DNA of 64,000 bases from a bacterium. Lineage in GTDB: Bacteria; SAR324; XYD2-FULL-50-16; G965216635. The stretch lies in the NCBI GenBank assembly GCA_965216635.1, contig OZ244188.1:1632001-1696000 (forward strand). The letters run 5' to 3'. The position numbers were made by a program, and so were the translations under genes. This document shows positions 47,830 to 58,270 of the stretch, in pieces (position 1 is the stretch's first letter; each line of letters begins with the position of its first letter). Under the pieces are notes generated by a model. It was not told the origin of the DNA. It was given only the letters and a program-made list of their open reading frames with translations, and searched no databases.

Positions 47830-48576
47830 TTGCGAAAAACAGTGAAAAAAGTATTTCTTTTTGTTGTTTTTGCCTTAGGTTGCGCTACTTTGAGTAGCGC
47901 ACAAGACAATTGGGGAGAACGAAATAGCTCTTTAGGTAAAGTTTTAGAGAAATTGGTTAACATAGTAGATAGTTTATCTGGTATTGTAGCCGATAAAGAT
48001 GCTGATAAAGATGCTGGTATTTTTGTGGGAACTTCTTATTCTAATGGCAGCATCTCTGTAGTAAAAGAATTAAGACCTAGAGACTCTAGTATTGAATGTG
48101 AAGAAGAATGCTCTAAAGAAACAACAAGAAAAAGTTTTGGAATAAAACCTAGTATAGGTTTTAGAATAGGCTGGCAGTTTGAGGATTACGTTGGCCAAGT
48201 AGCTTTGGCTTCTCACCAATGGCAGACTGAAATAGGTGAAGTGCAAAATCACATGCTAATCTATTATTTTATATATAATGGTTTCTTTGCAGGAGTAGGT
48301 CTTGGTTTAGTTAGGTTTGATTCTACAGCAGCAGGTAGTGATGGTTATCCATCAAGTAGTGCGGTTGTAGGGGGTCTTGAATTGGGCTACCAAGTAGCTT
48401 TGGGGGATTTGCAATTTTCTATTGGTGGTTATTTACACACTAGTTTAAGCCCGCATAGCGAAGAAACAGAAGAAAGCATATATTTATGCAATGATGGTTG
48501 CGAACACCATGAAGCAATGGTTGAAAGTTCCGTGGATTTTTTAGGGTTTTTCCTAAATTTAGAAATTGCTTTTTAA
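47830..48576 (+). CDS. Outer-membrane beta-barrel protein (distant member of the OMP family)
   Basis: Signal peptide, GIFVG, GFRIGWQF, GFFAGVGLG, ELGYQ, C-terminal Phe; Cys pairs in loops. Confidence 0.65.
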   Translation: MRKTVKKVFLFVVFALGCATLSSAQDNWGERNSSLGKVLEKLVNIVDSLSGIVADKDADKDAGIFVGTSYSNGSISVVKELRPRDSSIECEEECSKETTRKSFGIKPSIGFRIGWQFEDYVGQVALASHQWQTEIGEVQNHMLIYYFIYNGFFAGVGLGLVRFDSTAAGSDGYPSSSAVVGGLELGYQVALGDLQFSIGGYLHTSLSPHSEETEESIYLCNDGCEHHEAMVESSVDFLGFFLNLEIAF

Positions 48577-48589
48577 TACTTATAATAAA

Positions 48590-49591
48590 ATGAAAAATAA
48601 AGTCATAAACTCTATTTTTGCTGTTTTAGTAATATTTCTATTGATCAGCTGTGCTACAGTAGTTAAAAATTTTGACTCTTATCAAAATGCTGGAGCGTCT
48701 CGTTCTCCTAATGCTCCTTCTGGAGATGAAATCCAAACAAACCAAATAAAAATAGTACTTTACGGGATAGAAAACCAAAATGGTGGCAAAAAATCTAGTC
48801 TAAGCAGATTGCTATCCAGCAATATTCAAAAATTGCTTACACAAACCAATGTGAAAATTATAGATAGATCTGTCTTAGAAACATTCAGCGAAGAGGCTAT
48901 TTTAGCTCAAACCAAGAGCGGAAATGAGGGAAGTTCCGCTGCCGCTGCCGCTGATTATGCCATCAAAGGAAATATTAGTGGCAACACTTCTTCTTCCTTT
49001 AAAGAAGGATACTATACCTACGAAGAAGGCTACACGCTAGAGGACGGCACAGAAGTGCCCGCCAAAGCAGTCTACCATTCTCCTGTTTGTAAATACAACG
49101 CAAGTATATCAGGACAATTTGAAATTTATAGACTTCCCGATTTAAAACAAACATTGGCAATACCTTTGCGAGGCAGTAGCTTTGTGAACAGAGATCAAAA
49201 TGCACCTTGCAGCGACACAACCATCCAGAAAAGACTGCTAGCTGCTGCAGTAGACAGAGCTATCACTACCACACACCGCAGAAGAGTTCTAAACGAATTT
49301 GCAGCAAAAGGTTATGTTAAAGAGTTAAGAAAACATATAAAAAAAGACAAGTATATCGTTCATATAACTTTAGGAAGAAATCACGGAGTAAAGCAAGAGT
49401 CAAAAATAGACATCTTTAAAACTCTATTTGTTATAGATCAACTCTCACAAAAAGAGAAGATACAAAATAAAAAAATTGCTGAGGCAGTGATTTCTAATCT
49501 TGTAGAGAGTGATTCTGCTTGGGGTGTAATTAAAGATAAAGAACAGGCGAAAAAAATATCTATCGGAGATGTAGTGAAAGTTCGCTATTAA
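48590..49591 (+). CDS. Lipoprotein with CsgG/FlgT-like fold
   Basis: LISC lipobox, KIIDRS, ADYAIKGNI, ITLGRNHGVK; ATG at 48590 preferred. Confidence 0.6.
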   Translation: MKNKVINSIFAVLVIFLLISCATVVKNFDSYQNAGASRSPNAPSGDEIQTNQIKIVLYGIENQNGGKKSSLSRLLSSNIQKLLTQTNVKIIDRSVLETFSEEAILAQTKSGNEGSSAAAAADYAIKGNISGNTSSSFKEGYYTYEEGYTLEDGTEVPAKAVYHSPVCKYNASISGQFEIYRLPDLKQTLAIPLRGSSFVNRDQNAPCSDTTIQKRLLAAAVDRAITTTHRRRVLNEFAAKGYVKELRKHIKKDKYIVHITLGRNHGVKQESKIDIFKTLFVIDQLSQKEKIQNKKIAEAVISNLVESDSAWGVIKDKEQAKKISIGDVVKVRY

Positions 49592-49604
49592 TACTTAAAA
49601 AATT

Positions 49605-50624
49605 ATGTTACAAAAATATTTCTATCTATGGATTACTATCCTTTTCTTACTATTTTATGGTTGTGGTAGTAAAGAAGTAGCGAAACCTGAAACTACTACC
49701 ATTCCCGATTGGTATTTACAGCCTGCAAAATATATCCCCGCCAACTTACTCTATGGAGCTGGAACTGGTGCATCACCAGAAGGAGCGAAAAAAAGGGCTC
49801 TGCAAAATATGAGCTATAACCTGCAACTTCAAGTGCAAGCCTCTAGCACCAACCGTAGCCTTTCCAAAAGAGACGGAAGTAAAGTCACCACAAGTTCTTC
49901 TTTGACAGAAGAGATAAAATTACGATCCAAAAAAATAAACTTCCCCAATGTGCAAGATCGCAAAGTAGAACAGATTGGTAACCAATACTACGCTGTGCTA
50001 GTCACGGAGTATGCTGATTTGATTGCTGATAATAGAAAAAAATTAAGCAAAAACATTCCTCTGCTAGAAGATGCCTTACAAGAATTACCATCCCAAAGTG
50101 CTTTAGAAAAGGTCGTAATATTAACATCAGCTCAGGATTCTTTTCTCACAGCAAGTGATTCTTTAGAAAATTTAGAAATTCTAGCTTTAGTCTATAGAGC
50201 GTCTGGTATTAGCTCTGCCTATCTCAAAGGGCAGTTTGAGTTTTTGCGAAACTATTCTAAAAGAGAAAAAAATGCTAAAAGATCCATTATTTTTCAAGTT
50301 TCAGGCTCCAATCAATGGCAAACAGCAAAAAAAGTCGTTGCTACAAATTTACAAAAACAGGATTATAAGACTGGCGCCAATTATAATGCAATTATTAGAG
50401 TCAGCGGAACAGAAGAGCTAACCTCTCTTTTTGAGGGTAAAATAAAGCAGTCAAAAATTGCTTTGCTGATAGAATTGCAAGGGCTAGATAGAAGAATTTT
50501 TAAATCTAAATCCTTCTCTCTGAAAGCCACTTCGCTAAAATCTGCTGGTGAGGCTTCTAGAAAATCCCAAAATTCTTTGGCAGAAGAAATTCAAGAAGGA
50601 ATTTTTAAAGTTCTAGGTTTATAG
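49605..50624 (+). CDS. LPP20 family lipoprotein
   Basis: FYGC lipobox, IPDWY, YGAGTG...AKKRAL. Confidence 0.75.
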   Translation: MLQKYFYLWITILFLLFYGCGSKEVAKPETTTIPDWYLQPAKYIPANLLYGAGTGASPEGAKKRALQNMSYNLQLQVQASSTNRSLSKRDGSKVTTSSSLTEEIKLRSKKINFPNVQDRKVEQIGNQYYAVLVTEYADLIADNRKKLSKNIPLLEDALQELPSQSALEKVVILTSAQDSFLTASDSLENLEILALVYRASGISSAYLKGQFEFLRNYSKREKNAKRSIIFQVSGSNQWQTAKKVVATNLQKQDYKTGANYNAIIRVSGTEELTSLFEGKIKQSKIALLIELQGLDRRIFKSKSFSLKATSLKSAGEASRKSQNSLAEEIQEGIFKVLGL

Positions 50625-50631
50625 GGAACAA

Positions 50632-51315
50632 CTATTTGGAAACAAGCAGATCTTGAAACTGGTTTTTCATTTCCTCTGCATAGCTTTTATAATCTTTTTT
50701 TTCCTTAATTAAATCAGACGATTGAACATCACTTATTTTTTTATCGGGAATCAAAACTTTAAACGAAGCAAAGTTTTTAACCTTGATAGACTCAAATCCT
50801 TCTCTTTGAAAGACAATAAAGTGAGTATTTTCTTTAAGATAAGAAACAGAGTTCCAACCATCTATTCTTTCAAAAGAATCGCTTCCTAATACAAGATAAA
50901 AATCTTTTTGGGAAAATTTCTGTTTGAGCAATCTGATAGATTCTGCTGTAAAAACCGCTTTTTTTTGGAAAAGTTCATAACCCCATAGGTGAAAAAATGT
51001 CTCTAGTTGACCTGCCTTATTATGACTTGCCTTATTGTGAAAGCCTTCCTTTTGAAAAACTTGCCTTAAAATAGACCATCTGATTTCTTTACTTAAATAT
51101 TTTTTTTTTTCTTCTAATGGATTAGCGCAATTCGGAACAACTATCGCTTCATCTACTAAGTTGTTTTTTTTTAAGAATGCAAGCAATTCTAGATGTCCGT
51201 AATGAAGCGGATTAAAAGAACCACCAAAAAAGGCAACTTTTTTACTTTTCGGTTGTAGGTTAGGGTAGTTAATCCCTGTTTGCTCTAATTGTTTGTTTGT
51301 TTTTTTCAAGGGCAC
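50632..51315 (-). CDS. nadD: Nicotinate-nucleotide adenylyltransferase
   Basis: FGGSFNPLHYGH, YLVLGSD. Confidence 0.88.
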   Translation of the reverse strand: MPLKKTNKQLEQTGINYPNLQPKSKKVAFFGGSFNPLHYGHLELLAFLKKNNLVDEAIVVPNCANPLEEKKKYLSKEIRWSILRQVFQKEGFHNKASHNKAGQLETFFHLWGYELFQKKAVFTAESIRLLKQKFSQKDFYLVLGSDSFERIDGWNSVSYLKENTHFIVFQREGFESIKVKNFASFKVLIPDKKISDVQSSDLIKEKKDYKSYAEEMKNQFQDLLVSK

Positions 51316-51713
51316 TACTTAAGAAAAATTAAGAATTTATTTCCTACAAAAGAAAAATGAAGCTCTGAATCACAAGCTCGTAAAACGCTCGGAAAAAGAT
51401 TTGCCCATTCAATCAATGTCAGACTACTCTTATCCTCCAAACTTTCCCAAATACCAATATCTTCAAGTTTTTCTTTGTGTTGGATTCGGTATAAATCAAA
51501 ATGGTGAATACAAATTTCTTCATTCCGATAGATATTAAAGTAAGAAAAAGTGGGGCTAGCTACTTCTTTTTTGAGCGGTGGACAAATTTTTTCTACAAGC
51601 CCTCGCACAAAAAAAGTTTTTCCTGAACCTAAATCGCCTATTAAACTTGCGTTTAATCCTCCTTTTTTTTGATATAACTCAAAAACTCTATTTAAAATTT
51701 TCTCCTCCATCAT
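51315..51713 (-). CDS. tsaE: tRNA threonylcarbamoyladenosine biosynthesis ATPase
   Basis: GDLGSGKT, SPTF, HFDLYR, LIEW. Confidence 0.92.
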   Translation of the reverse strand: MMEEKILNRVFELYQKKGGLNASLIGDLGSGKTFFVRGLVEKICPPLKKEVASPTFSYFNIYRNEEICIHHFDLYRIQHKEKLEDIGIWESLEDKSSLTLIEWANLFPSVLRACDSELHFSFVGNKFLIFLK

Positions 51714-51879
51714 CTATTGATTTTTTATTTAATATGTTTCTAAAAGACAATAAAAGCAAGAATCTATTGTATACAAAAATAATTCTATAATTGGTATTAT
51801 AAAAATAAAAAATATAGAATATAATCAAAAATAAAAAATATAGAATATAATCAAAAATGAAAAATATCTTTAATTATTT

Positions 51880-52839
51880 ATGAAAAATATAGAAATGCAG
51901 CTAGTCCAAATAACCGAAGAAGCAGCTATTATTGCTGGTTCTAAACAAGGACTGGGAAACGCCAATCAAATTCTCCAGTCGGTTCGCACTTCTGTAGAAA
52001 ATAGCCTTCTAAAAATGAACTTTGGCATCCACATTAAAAACGACAGATTTAAAGAACATCCTATTGTCACTCCCTTAAATTCCCATTATCACCAAAACAA
52101 TAAAGTGCAATACGATTTAATACTTGCCGCTATTGAAGGACACAAAACCTGTGCTAGTGGCGGACAGAACTCCGCTGCTTTTATCGCTCTTTCTCAGAAA
52201 AATAGTTTTTTAGATTTACCCAACCTCTATATGTATAAAATTGCTGTTAGCTCCGATGCTTATGAAGTTGTAGATATTGAGCAATCGGTCACCAAAAATA
52301 TCAAAAGAATTGCGCGGTTTAAAAAAAAATATATTGAAAATACAACCATCTGCGTTCTCAACCGAGATAGACACAATCTTTTGATTGCAGAAATAAGAAA
52401 ATGTGGTGCTAGAATTTTGCTTATCCAAGACGGAGATATTTCTGGCTCTCTAGCCGCTGCTACCAATCAAGGAGTAGACATGCTTATAGGTTATGGAGGT
52501 ACTCAAGAAGGAGTGCTCACAGCGGCTGCTATGAAATGTATAGGAGGTTATCTGCAATGCAAAATTTTTTATAAAAATGGTGCAGACAAAAAAAAGGCGG
52601 CTGAATATAAAATAAAAAATTTTGATAAAATTTACGAAATTGACGATCTAGTCTCTTCCAATGAAGTTATTTTTGCCTCCACTGGAATCACAGACGGCTT
52701 GATCTTAAAAGGAGTTCATTTTGAAAAAGAAGGAGCCTATACCTATTCTTGGCTCGCAAAAAGCAAACCCAAAATCACCCACAAAATAGAAACCAAGCAT
52801 TTTTTTGATTATAAGCAGATATCTCAACCTATCTTATGA
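51880..52839 (+). CDS. glpX: Class II fructose-1,6-bisphosphatase-like protein (degenerate N-terminal motifs)
   Basis: TEEAAI, YMYKIA, LNRDRH, GARILLIQDGD, GGTQEGVLTAAA, FASTGITDG..LKGV. Confidence 0.8.
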   Translation: MKNIEMQLVQITEEAAIIAGSKQGLGNANQILQSVRTSVENSLLKMNFGIHIKNDRFKEHPIVTPLNSHYHQNNKVQYDLILAAIEGHKTCASGGQNSAAFIALSQKNSFLDLPNLYMYKIAVSSDAYEVVDIEQSVTKNIKRIARFKKKYIENTTICVLNRDRHNLLIAEIRKCGARILLIQDGDISGSLAAATNQGVDMLIGYGGTQEGVLTAAAMKCIGGYLQCKIFYKNGADKKKAAEYKIKNFDKIYEIDDLVSSNEVIFASTGITDGLILKGVHFEKEGAYTYSWLAKSKPKITHKIETKHFFDYKQISQPIL

Positions 52840-53957
52840 AAAAAATAGAAATAAAAAAATGGGGTTGTGTGGTATCTATCGGAACAGATATTTTAGAAAA
52901 ATGCCGCTATGCTAATGATGCTTCAAAAAGTGAAGAATCTCTTTTTTTAGTAGCCGATGCAGAGGTTTATAAAATCTACAAAAAAAAAATAACAACAGTT
53001 TTTGGAAAAAGTTTTAAAAAACTACTCTTACCTGCGGGAGAAAAAACAAAACAAAATTTTTATCTTGAAAAAATTTATGATTTTTTGATAGAAGAAGGAG
53101 CCAATCGCAAATCTATTCTTATAGCTTTTGGTGGTGGAGTAATAGGAGATTTAGTGGGTTTTGCAGCGGCTACTTTTATGCGAGGTATTACTCTTGCCAG
53201 TATTCCTACAAGTTTAGTAGCACAGGTAGATAGTTGCATCGGAGGTAAAACTGGCATCAATCACGCAAAAGCAAAAAACATAATTGGATCTTTTAAACAA
53301 CCCGCCCTAGTCTGTATAGATACATTATTTTTAGAAAGTTTATCGCAAAGAGATTGGATTTCAGGCTATGCAGAAATTGTTAAACACGCCTTAATTCAAG
53401 ATAAAAAATTTTTTGAATTTCTGCAAAAGCATCCCTTGAAAGACTTGAAAGAAGATAACAAATTACTCTTAAAAACAATCACCCGCTCCTGTGAAATCAA
53501 ACTAGCCGTAGTCAAAAAAGACGAAAAAGAGAAAGCCGAAATAACAGATCAAGTAACAGCTCAAACAAGAGCCATCTTAAACTTCGGGCATAGTCTTGCC
53601 CATTTAATAGAAACCTATACCAACTACAATAGCTATCTACACGGTGAAGCAGTTTTTGGAGGAATGGATTTTGCTCTTTGGTTTTCTCAAAAATATTCAG
53701 GACTCAAAAAAGAATCCTACCAAAAAATTCGCGAACTATTACAAGCACAAAATTTACAGCTAAACTTAAAAGGCATACAGAAAAACACTTTTTGTTCTAT
53801 TTTAGCTAGAGATAAAAAAAATTTTGCAGAAGGGATTCAATTCATAGCTATCCCAGAAATTGGCGAGGTAAAAATTTGTAAAAATGTGCAGATTGATAGG
53901 CTTTGGGAAGATTTTTTAGCCTACTCCCAAGATAAAACTGCCTTAGTGCAAATCTAG
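52836..53957 (+). CDS. aroB: 3-dehydroquinate synthase
   Basis: GGGVIGDLVGFAAATFMRG, VDSCIGGKTGIN, LNFGHS, HGEAV. Confidence 0.95.
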   Translation: MKKIEIKKWGCVVSIGTDILEKCRYANDASKSEESLFLVADAEVYKIYKKKITTVFGKSFKKLLLPAGEKTKQNFYLEKIYDFLIEEGANRKSILIAFGGGVIGDLVGFAAATFMRGITLASIPTSLVAQVDSCIGGKTGINHAKAKNIIGSFKQPALVCIDTLFLESLSQRDWISGYAEIVKHALIQDKKFFEFLQKHPLKDLKEDNKLLLKTITRSCEIKLAVVKKDEKEKAEITDQVTAQTRAILNFGHSLAHLIETYTNYNSYLHGEAVFGGMDFALWFSQKYSGLKKESYQKIRELLQAQNLQLNLKGIQKNTFCSILARDKKNFAEGIQFIAIPEIGEVKICKNVQIDRLWEDFLAYSQDKTALVQI

Positions 53958-54060
53958 TAACGCAATTCTAGCGATACCTGATTTTGTGATCAATTTAAAA
54001 ATTTTAATCAGTAGAACTGTCATTGAAAATAGCAAAAAAACAGTTTTTCCTTAAAAAAAA

Positions 54061-54180
54061 TTTCAATTTGTGCTTTCAGCAAGGCGCGAAAAATTTTTGT
54101 TCCGCAGGAAGAGAATGCATTTCTTCACAAATGGCAAGGGACAAAAATTTTAAGCAACGCAGCTGAGAGTGCAAATTGGG
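54061..54180. repeat. Palindromic element related to the MITE core
   Basis: AATTTGTGCTTTCAGC ... GCTGAGAGTGCAAATT arms; CATTTCTTCACAAATGGCAAG core shared with the 22330/42476 copies. Confidence 0.6.
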
Positions 54181-54185
54181 ATTTT

Positions 54186-54671
54186 TTAAGGGAAAACTAA
54201 GTAAGGTTTTGCTTTTTCTTCTACCCTTTCTAGTAAATATTTTCGGCTATTCTCTCCTAAACGGATCAACTCTCTGGCTATAGAGGAGCTTGTAGAACAG
54301 TATTCGGGGCTTGCCAAAATACAAAAGGTCTCTATCTTATCGCATATACTGCGGTTGCCCATAGCCAACTCAAATTCAGAAGTAAAATCACCGTGGTTTC
54401 TAATGCCTCTTAAAATAAGATAGGTTTTTTTAGAAACAGCATAACGAACAATAGAGCCCGTCGTATGCTCTATTACAACATTCTTCCATTGGTAGTAATC
54501 TAGATAGTCCTGCATCATAGCGAGCCTTACTTCTTTGGGAAAAATAATTTTTTTTTCATAGCTTTCCGCTGCTACCCAGTAAATTTTATCAAATCTTTTA
54601 TAGACTCTGTTAATTAAATCTGCGTGTCCGTAAGTAGGCGGACTGGAACTAGTGGGGTAAATAATATTCAT
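54186..54671 (-). CDS. coaD: Phosphopantetheine adenylyltransferase
   Basis: YPTSSSPPTYGH, ILRGIRN..DF..EF, SSSIAREL. Confidence 0.85.
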   Translation of the reverse strand: MNIIYPTSSSPPTYGHADLINRVYKRFDKIYWVAAESYEKKIIFPKEVRLAMMQDYLDYYQWKNVVIEHTTGSIVRYAVSKKTYLILRGIRNHGDFTSEFELAMGNRSICDKIETFCILASPEYCSTSSSIARELIRLGENSRKYLLERVEEKAKPYLVFP

Positions 54672-54750
54672 AAATTTAGAAAAAAATTTTTACTAGATAC
54701 ATTTTACCAAAAAAACTATAATAGATAAAGTATAAAATAATATCTTATAA

Positions 54751-56274
54751 GTGGAAAAAATCACAATATTAGATTTCGGGGGCCAATACTGTCATTTAAT
54801 CGCAAGAAGAATTAGGGAATTGGGAGTCTGTGCAGAAGTCGTGCCTGCAAATATTTCTTTTAGTGCCTTAAATAATCATTCTATTAAGGGAATTATCCTT
54901 TCTGGAGGAGCAAGTTCTGTCTTTGCAAAAAAGGCTCCTCAATTTGATAAAAAAATTTTAAGTCTTGCTGTGCCTATTTTGGGAATTTGCTACGGTCATC
55001 AACTTATAGCCAGTCTTGTAGGGGGTAAGGTTGCCTCTGGAAAATCAGCCGAATACGGTCTGACGGAATTAAATATTCAAAAAAACGAAGAAATTTTAAG
55101 CCGTTTGGGAAAATCCAAAAATGTATGGATGAATCATCAAGATATTATCACTAAACTTCCCAAAAATTTTAGCTCTCTTGCTAGCACTGAACACTCCAAA
55201 TTTGCCGTATTTGAAAATAAAAAAAATAGTATTTTTGGGGTGCAGTTTCATCCCGAAGTAAGCCATACAGAACAGGGAACACAGATTTTGAAAAATTTTG
55301 CTCTCACTATTTGTAAGTGCAAAAAAAAATGGACATCTGATTTAGTGGTAGAAAATTTAATACAAGAGACAAAAGAGGTTATAGGTGCTAATAAGGCAAT
55401 TATCGGTCTCTCTGGTGGTGTGGATTCTTCTGTAGCCGCTGCTCTGGCCAGCAAGGCTATTGGTAGACAACTAATAGCTGTCTATGTGGACACAGGCTTG
55501 ATGCGTGATGGCGAAACAAAATTCATTCAAAAAACTTTTCTTAAAAAAAAACTAAATCTCAAAATCATCAAAGCGGGCAAGCAGTTTTTTGATGCACTAA
55601 AATGGATTAGCTCGCCTGAAAAAAAACGCAAAATAATAGGCAGACTTTTTGCGGATATTTTCTCTGGAATTGCAAAAAAAGAGAAGGCTGTTTTTCTCAT
55701 TCAAGGCACTATCTATTCGGATAGAATTGAAAGTGGTGTAAGTAAGCACTCTTCAAAAATTAAATCGCATCACAATGTAGGCGGTTTGCCTAAAAATTTA
55801 AAAATGAAGTTATACGAGCCTTTAAAAGATTTGTATAAAGACGAAGTCAGAAATCTCGCTACTGCGCTAGATATTGCAAAAGAAATCACCTCACAGCAAG
55901 TTTTTCCGGGACCTGGTTTAGCTGTACGAATTATAGGAGAAGTAACGCCAGAGAGAGTAAAAATTGTCCGTCAGGCTAGTAGAATTATTGAAGAGGAACT
56001 CAAAAAAACAAAATTTTGGCAAAGCATTTGGATGAGTTTTGCAGTACTGCTCCCCATTAAAAGCGTAGGCATTCAAGGGGATAAAAGAAGCTATAAGTAT
56101 CCAGTAGTTGTCAGAATTGTAGAATCCAATGACGCTATGACAGCCAATTTTTCTAAAATCCCTCACTCTATTCTTGAAAAAATTTCAACACGTATAACCA
56201 ATGAAATTTTTAAGATCAATCGTGTGGTCTATGATATTACCAACAAACCACCTGGAACTATGGAATGGGAATAG
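54751..56274 (+). CDS. guaA: GMP synthase (glutamine-hydrolysing)
   Basis: LDFGGQY, GICYGHQ, QFHPEV, SGGVDS, IKSHHNVGG, KPPGTMEWE. Confidence 0.97.
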   Translation: MEKITILDFGGQYCHLIARRIRELGVCAEVVPANISFSALNNHSIKGIILSGGASSVFAKKAPQFDKKILSLAVPILGICYGHQLIASLVGGKVASGKSAEYGLTELNIQKNEEILSRLGKSKNVWMNHQDIITKLPKNFSSLASTEHSKFAVFENKKNSIFGVQFHPEVSHTEQGTQILKNFALTICKCKKKWTSDLVVENLIQETKEVIGANKAIIGLSGGVDSSVAAALASKAIGRQLIAVYVDTGLMRDGETKFIQKTFLKKKLNLKIIKAGKQFFDALKWISSPEKKRKIIGRLFADIFSGIAKKEKAVFLIQGTIYSDRIESGVSKHSSKIKSHHNVGGLPKNLKMKLYEPLKDLYKDEVRNLATALDIAKEITSQQVFPGPGLAVRIIGEVTPERVKIVRQASRIIEEELKKTKFWQSIWMSFAVLLPIKSVGIQGDKRSYKYPVVVRIVESNDAMTANFSKIPHSILEKISTRITNEIFKINRVVYDITNKPPGTMEWE

Positions 56275-56336
56275 TAGAGGCGAATCTATGTGTTCTCCCG
56301 TATGAAATAAAAAGCAATAATAGACCCAGCCCCTAC
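56274..56336. repeat. Degenerate GTAG REP / inverted REP pair
   Basis: GTAGAGGCGAATCTATGTGTTCTCCC ... CCCAGCCCCTAC between convergent genes. Confidence 0.5.
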
Positions 56337-57175
56337 TAATATTGTTTCAGTAAGGAACGCGGTTTAGAGAGATATGTTTCTATGGAATGCGCAAGCTCTT
56401 CTTTTGTGCATTTTTCTTTTAAAAATTCCGTAATTAGCAGTTCTAGGTTGGTATAAAAATTCACCATATCCAGATTGGGAGGTTCTGTTTTTTTTTCAAT
56501 ATAAAGGTTATCCAAAGTTGCTCGGCAGAATTGATCGGTATCTAGCCCTAATAAAGTTCCAATCGCCCAGTAGTCGTTAGGAAAGTCTATGGCGGTAGTA
56601 TAAATTCCGTATTGCTTAAAAAATGTTTCTAAAGAATGTTTTTTTTCTAAGTCTAGCTTATTGATAGCAATAAAAAAGTTGATGGAGGCAGGATTTTTCT
56701 CAAACAGACTTTCTGTAACCACTTTTAAGGTATCACCCGTGTCTATAATCTCATCTATCAAAATAAGATGCTTGTTTTCTACCTTTTCTTTGCTACAGTT
56801 AAGATAAAAACGATTCTCTTTCTTTTTTTCACCGTCGTAGCTTTGCATACCGACAAACTCGCTAGAGACAAAGTGCAGTCTGCTAAAAACCTTGATGGTG
56901 CTTTCCAGATAAACTCCTCCTTTTAATATAGGTATAAAAACAAGATTACTAGAAATCACTTCTTCTCCAAAACGCGCTACCATCTGATTGAGGTGTTTTG
57001 CAAAAAAATACTCTAGTAAAAATTCTATTTCTCTTTTTTTCAGATAAAGCTGGAATTTTTTACCGTTTAGTTGGATTATATCAGGGTTTTGTAGATTCAA
57101 TGAATTTAAAATATTGGTATTTTGTTCTTGAATCCTTTTTGTAACCCTATTTTTTAGAAAACTATGGAAAATCAT
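56336..57175 (-). CDS. Type I phosphoribosyltransferase (Hpt-like)
   Basis: PILKGG, QSY, LILIDEIIDTGDTL PRPP loop. Confidence 0.8.
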   Translation of the reverse strand: MIFHSFLKNRVTKRIQEQNTNILNSLNLQNPDIIQLNGKKFQLYLKKREIEFLLEYFFAKHLNQMVARFGEEVISSNLVFIPILKGGVYLESTIKVFSRLHFVSSEFVGMQSYDGEKKKENRFYLNCSKEKVENKHLILIDEIIDTGDTLKVVTESLFEKNPASINFFIAINKLDLEKKHSLETFFKQYGIYTTAIDFPNDYWAIGTLLGLDTDQFCRATLDNLYIEKKTEPPNLDMVNFYTNLELLITEFLKEKCTKEELAHSIETYLSKPRSLLKQY

Positions 57176-57264
57176 AAAGTTTTATTTGATAAAACCGCAC
57201 TACATTAGTATTATTATTAATGATTTTTACATACTTAACAGAAAAATAGCAACCAAAAATTCAA

Positions 57265-58218
57265 ATGAATATTAAAATCAAAAAAAATTGGGAAATTAAA
57301 GAAAGTCAAGTCACAGATGAAAAAGCTTTTTTTTCTCGCAGAAGTATTGTTAAAGGGATGGCAGCCGCCACTATGGCGGGTTTTTTGGGACCTAACGTGT
57401 TATCTGCTGCACCGAGCCTTAAAAGGCTAAAAAAGACTCGCAATAGCAAATATATCCTTGGTAATATAACAGAAGAAAAACTTTTCACTTCTTACAATAA
57501 TTTTTACGAATTTAGCTCAAACAAACAGTCTGTAAAAACTAACGCTAAAAATTTTCTGAATCGCCCTTGGTCGGTTAAAATAAGCGGACTAGTAAATAAA
57601 CCTAAAACATTGAATATAGAAGATATTTTAAAAAAAATTCCTTTGGAAGAAAGAATTTACCGATTCCGCTGTGTAGAAACATGGTCTGCTGTTGTACCTT
57701 GGGTTGGATTTGAACTAAAAAAATTACTGGTTTTAGCAGAACCATCATCCAAAGCGAAGTATGTAAAGTTCTCCACTTTTTTTGACCCTAAAATTGCTAA
57801 AAATCAAAACAATAGTTTTTTTTACAAATGGCCCTATACCGAAGGTTTAAGACTAGACGAAGCAAGTAATGAATTGACTTTTATGGCGGTTGGACTCTAT
57901 GGAAAAGAATTGCCCCCTCAAAACGGAGCGCCCATCCGTTTGGTTACTCCTTGGAAATACGGATTTAAGAGTATTAAGTCTATTGTGTCTATAGAACTTA
58001 CAGAAAAACAACCAGCTACTCTTTGGAATCAAACCGCTCCTAACGAATACGGATTTTATGCAAATGTGAACCCTGAAGTGCCACATCCACGTTGGTCTCA
58101 AGCGCAAGACAAACCTTTAGGAAGCTGGCTCAAAAGAACTCCTACCATAAAGTTTAATGGATATGGCAATCAGGTAGCTAGCCTTTATAGAAGTATGGAT
58201 TTAAGTAAATTTTATTAA
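57265..58218 (+). CDS. msrP: Protein-methionine-sulfoxide reductase catalytic subunit
   Basis: Tat SRR, YNNFYEF, ERIYRFRCVETWS, QNGAPIRL..PWKYGFKSIK, NPEVPHPRWSQA. Confidence 0.95.
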   Translation: MNIKIKKNWEIKESQVTDEKAFFSRRSIVKGMAAATMAGFLGPNVLSAAPSLKRLKKTRNSKYILGNITEEKLFTSYNNFYEFSSNKQSVKTNAKNFLNRPWSVKISGLVNKPKTLNIEDILKKIPLEERIYRFRCVETWSAVVPWVGFELKKLLVLAEPSSKAKYVKFSTFFDPKIAKNQNNSFFYKWPYTEGLRLDEASNELTFMAVGLYGKELPPQNGAPIRLVTPWKYGFKSIKSIVSIELTEKQPATLWNQTAPNEYGFYANVNPEVPHPRWSQAQDKPLGSWLKRTPTIKFNGYGNQVASLYRSMDLSKFY

Positions 58219-58270
58219 AAAACCAAAACAAACTATCAAATCAAACAAAATAATACTGCTACTTTCTTTC

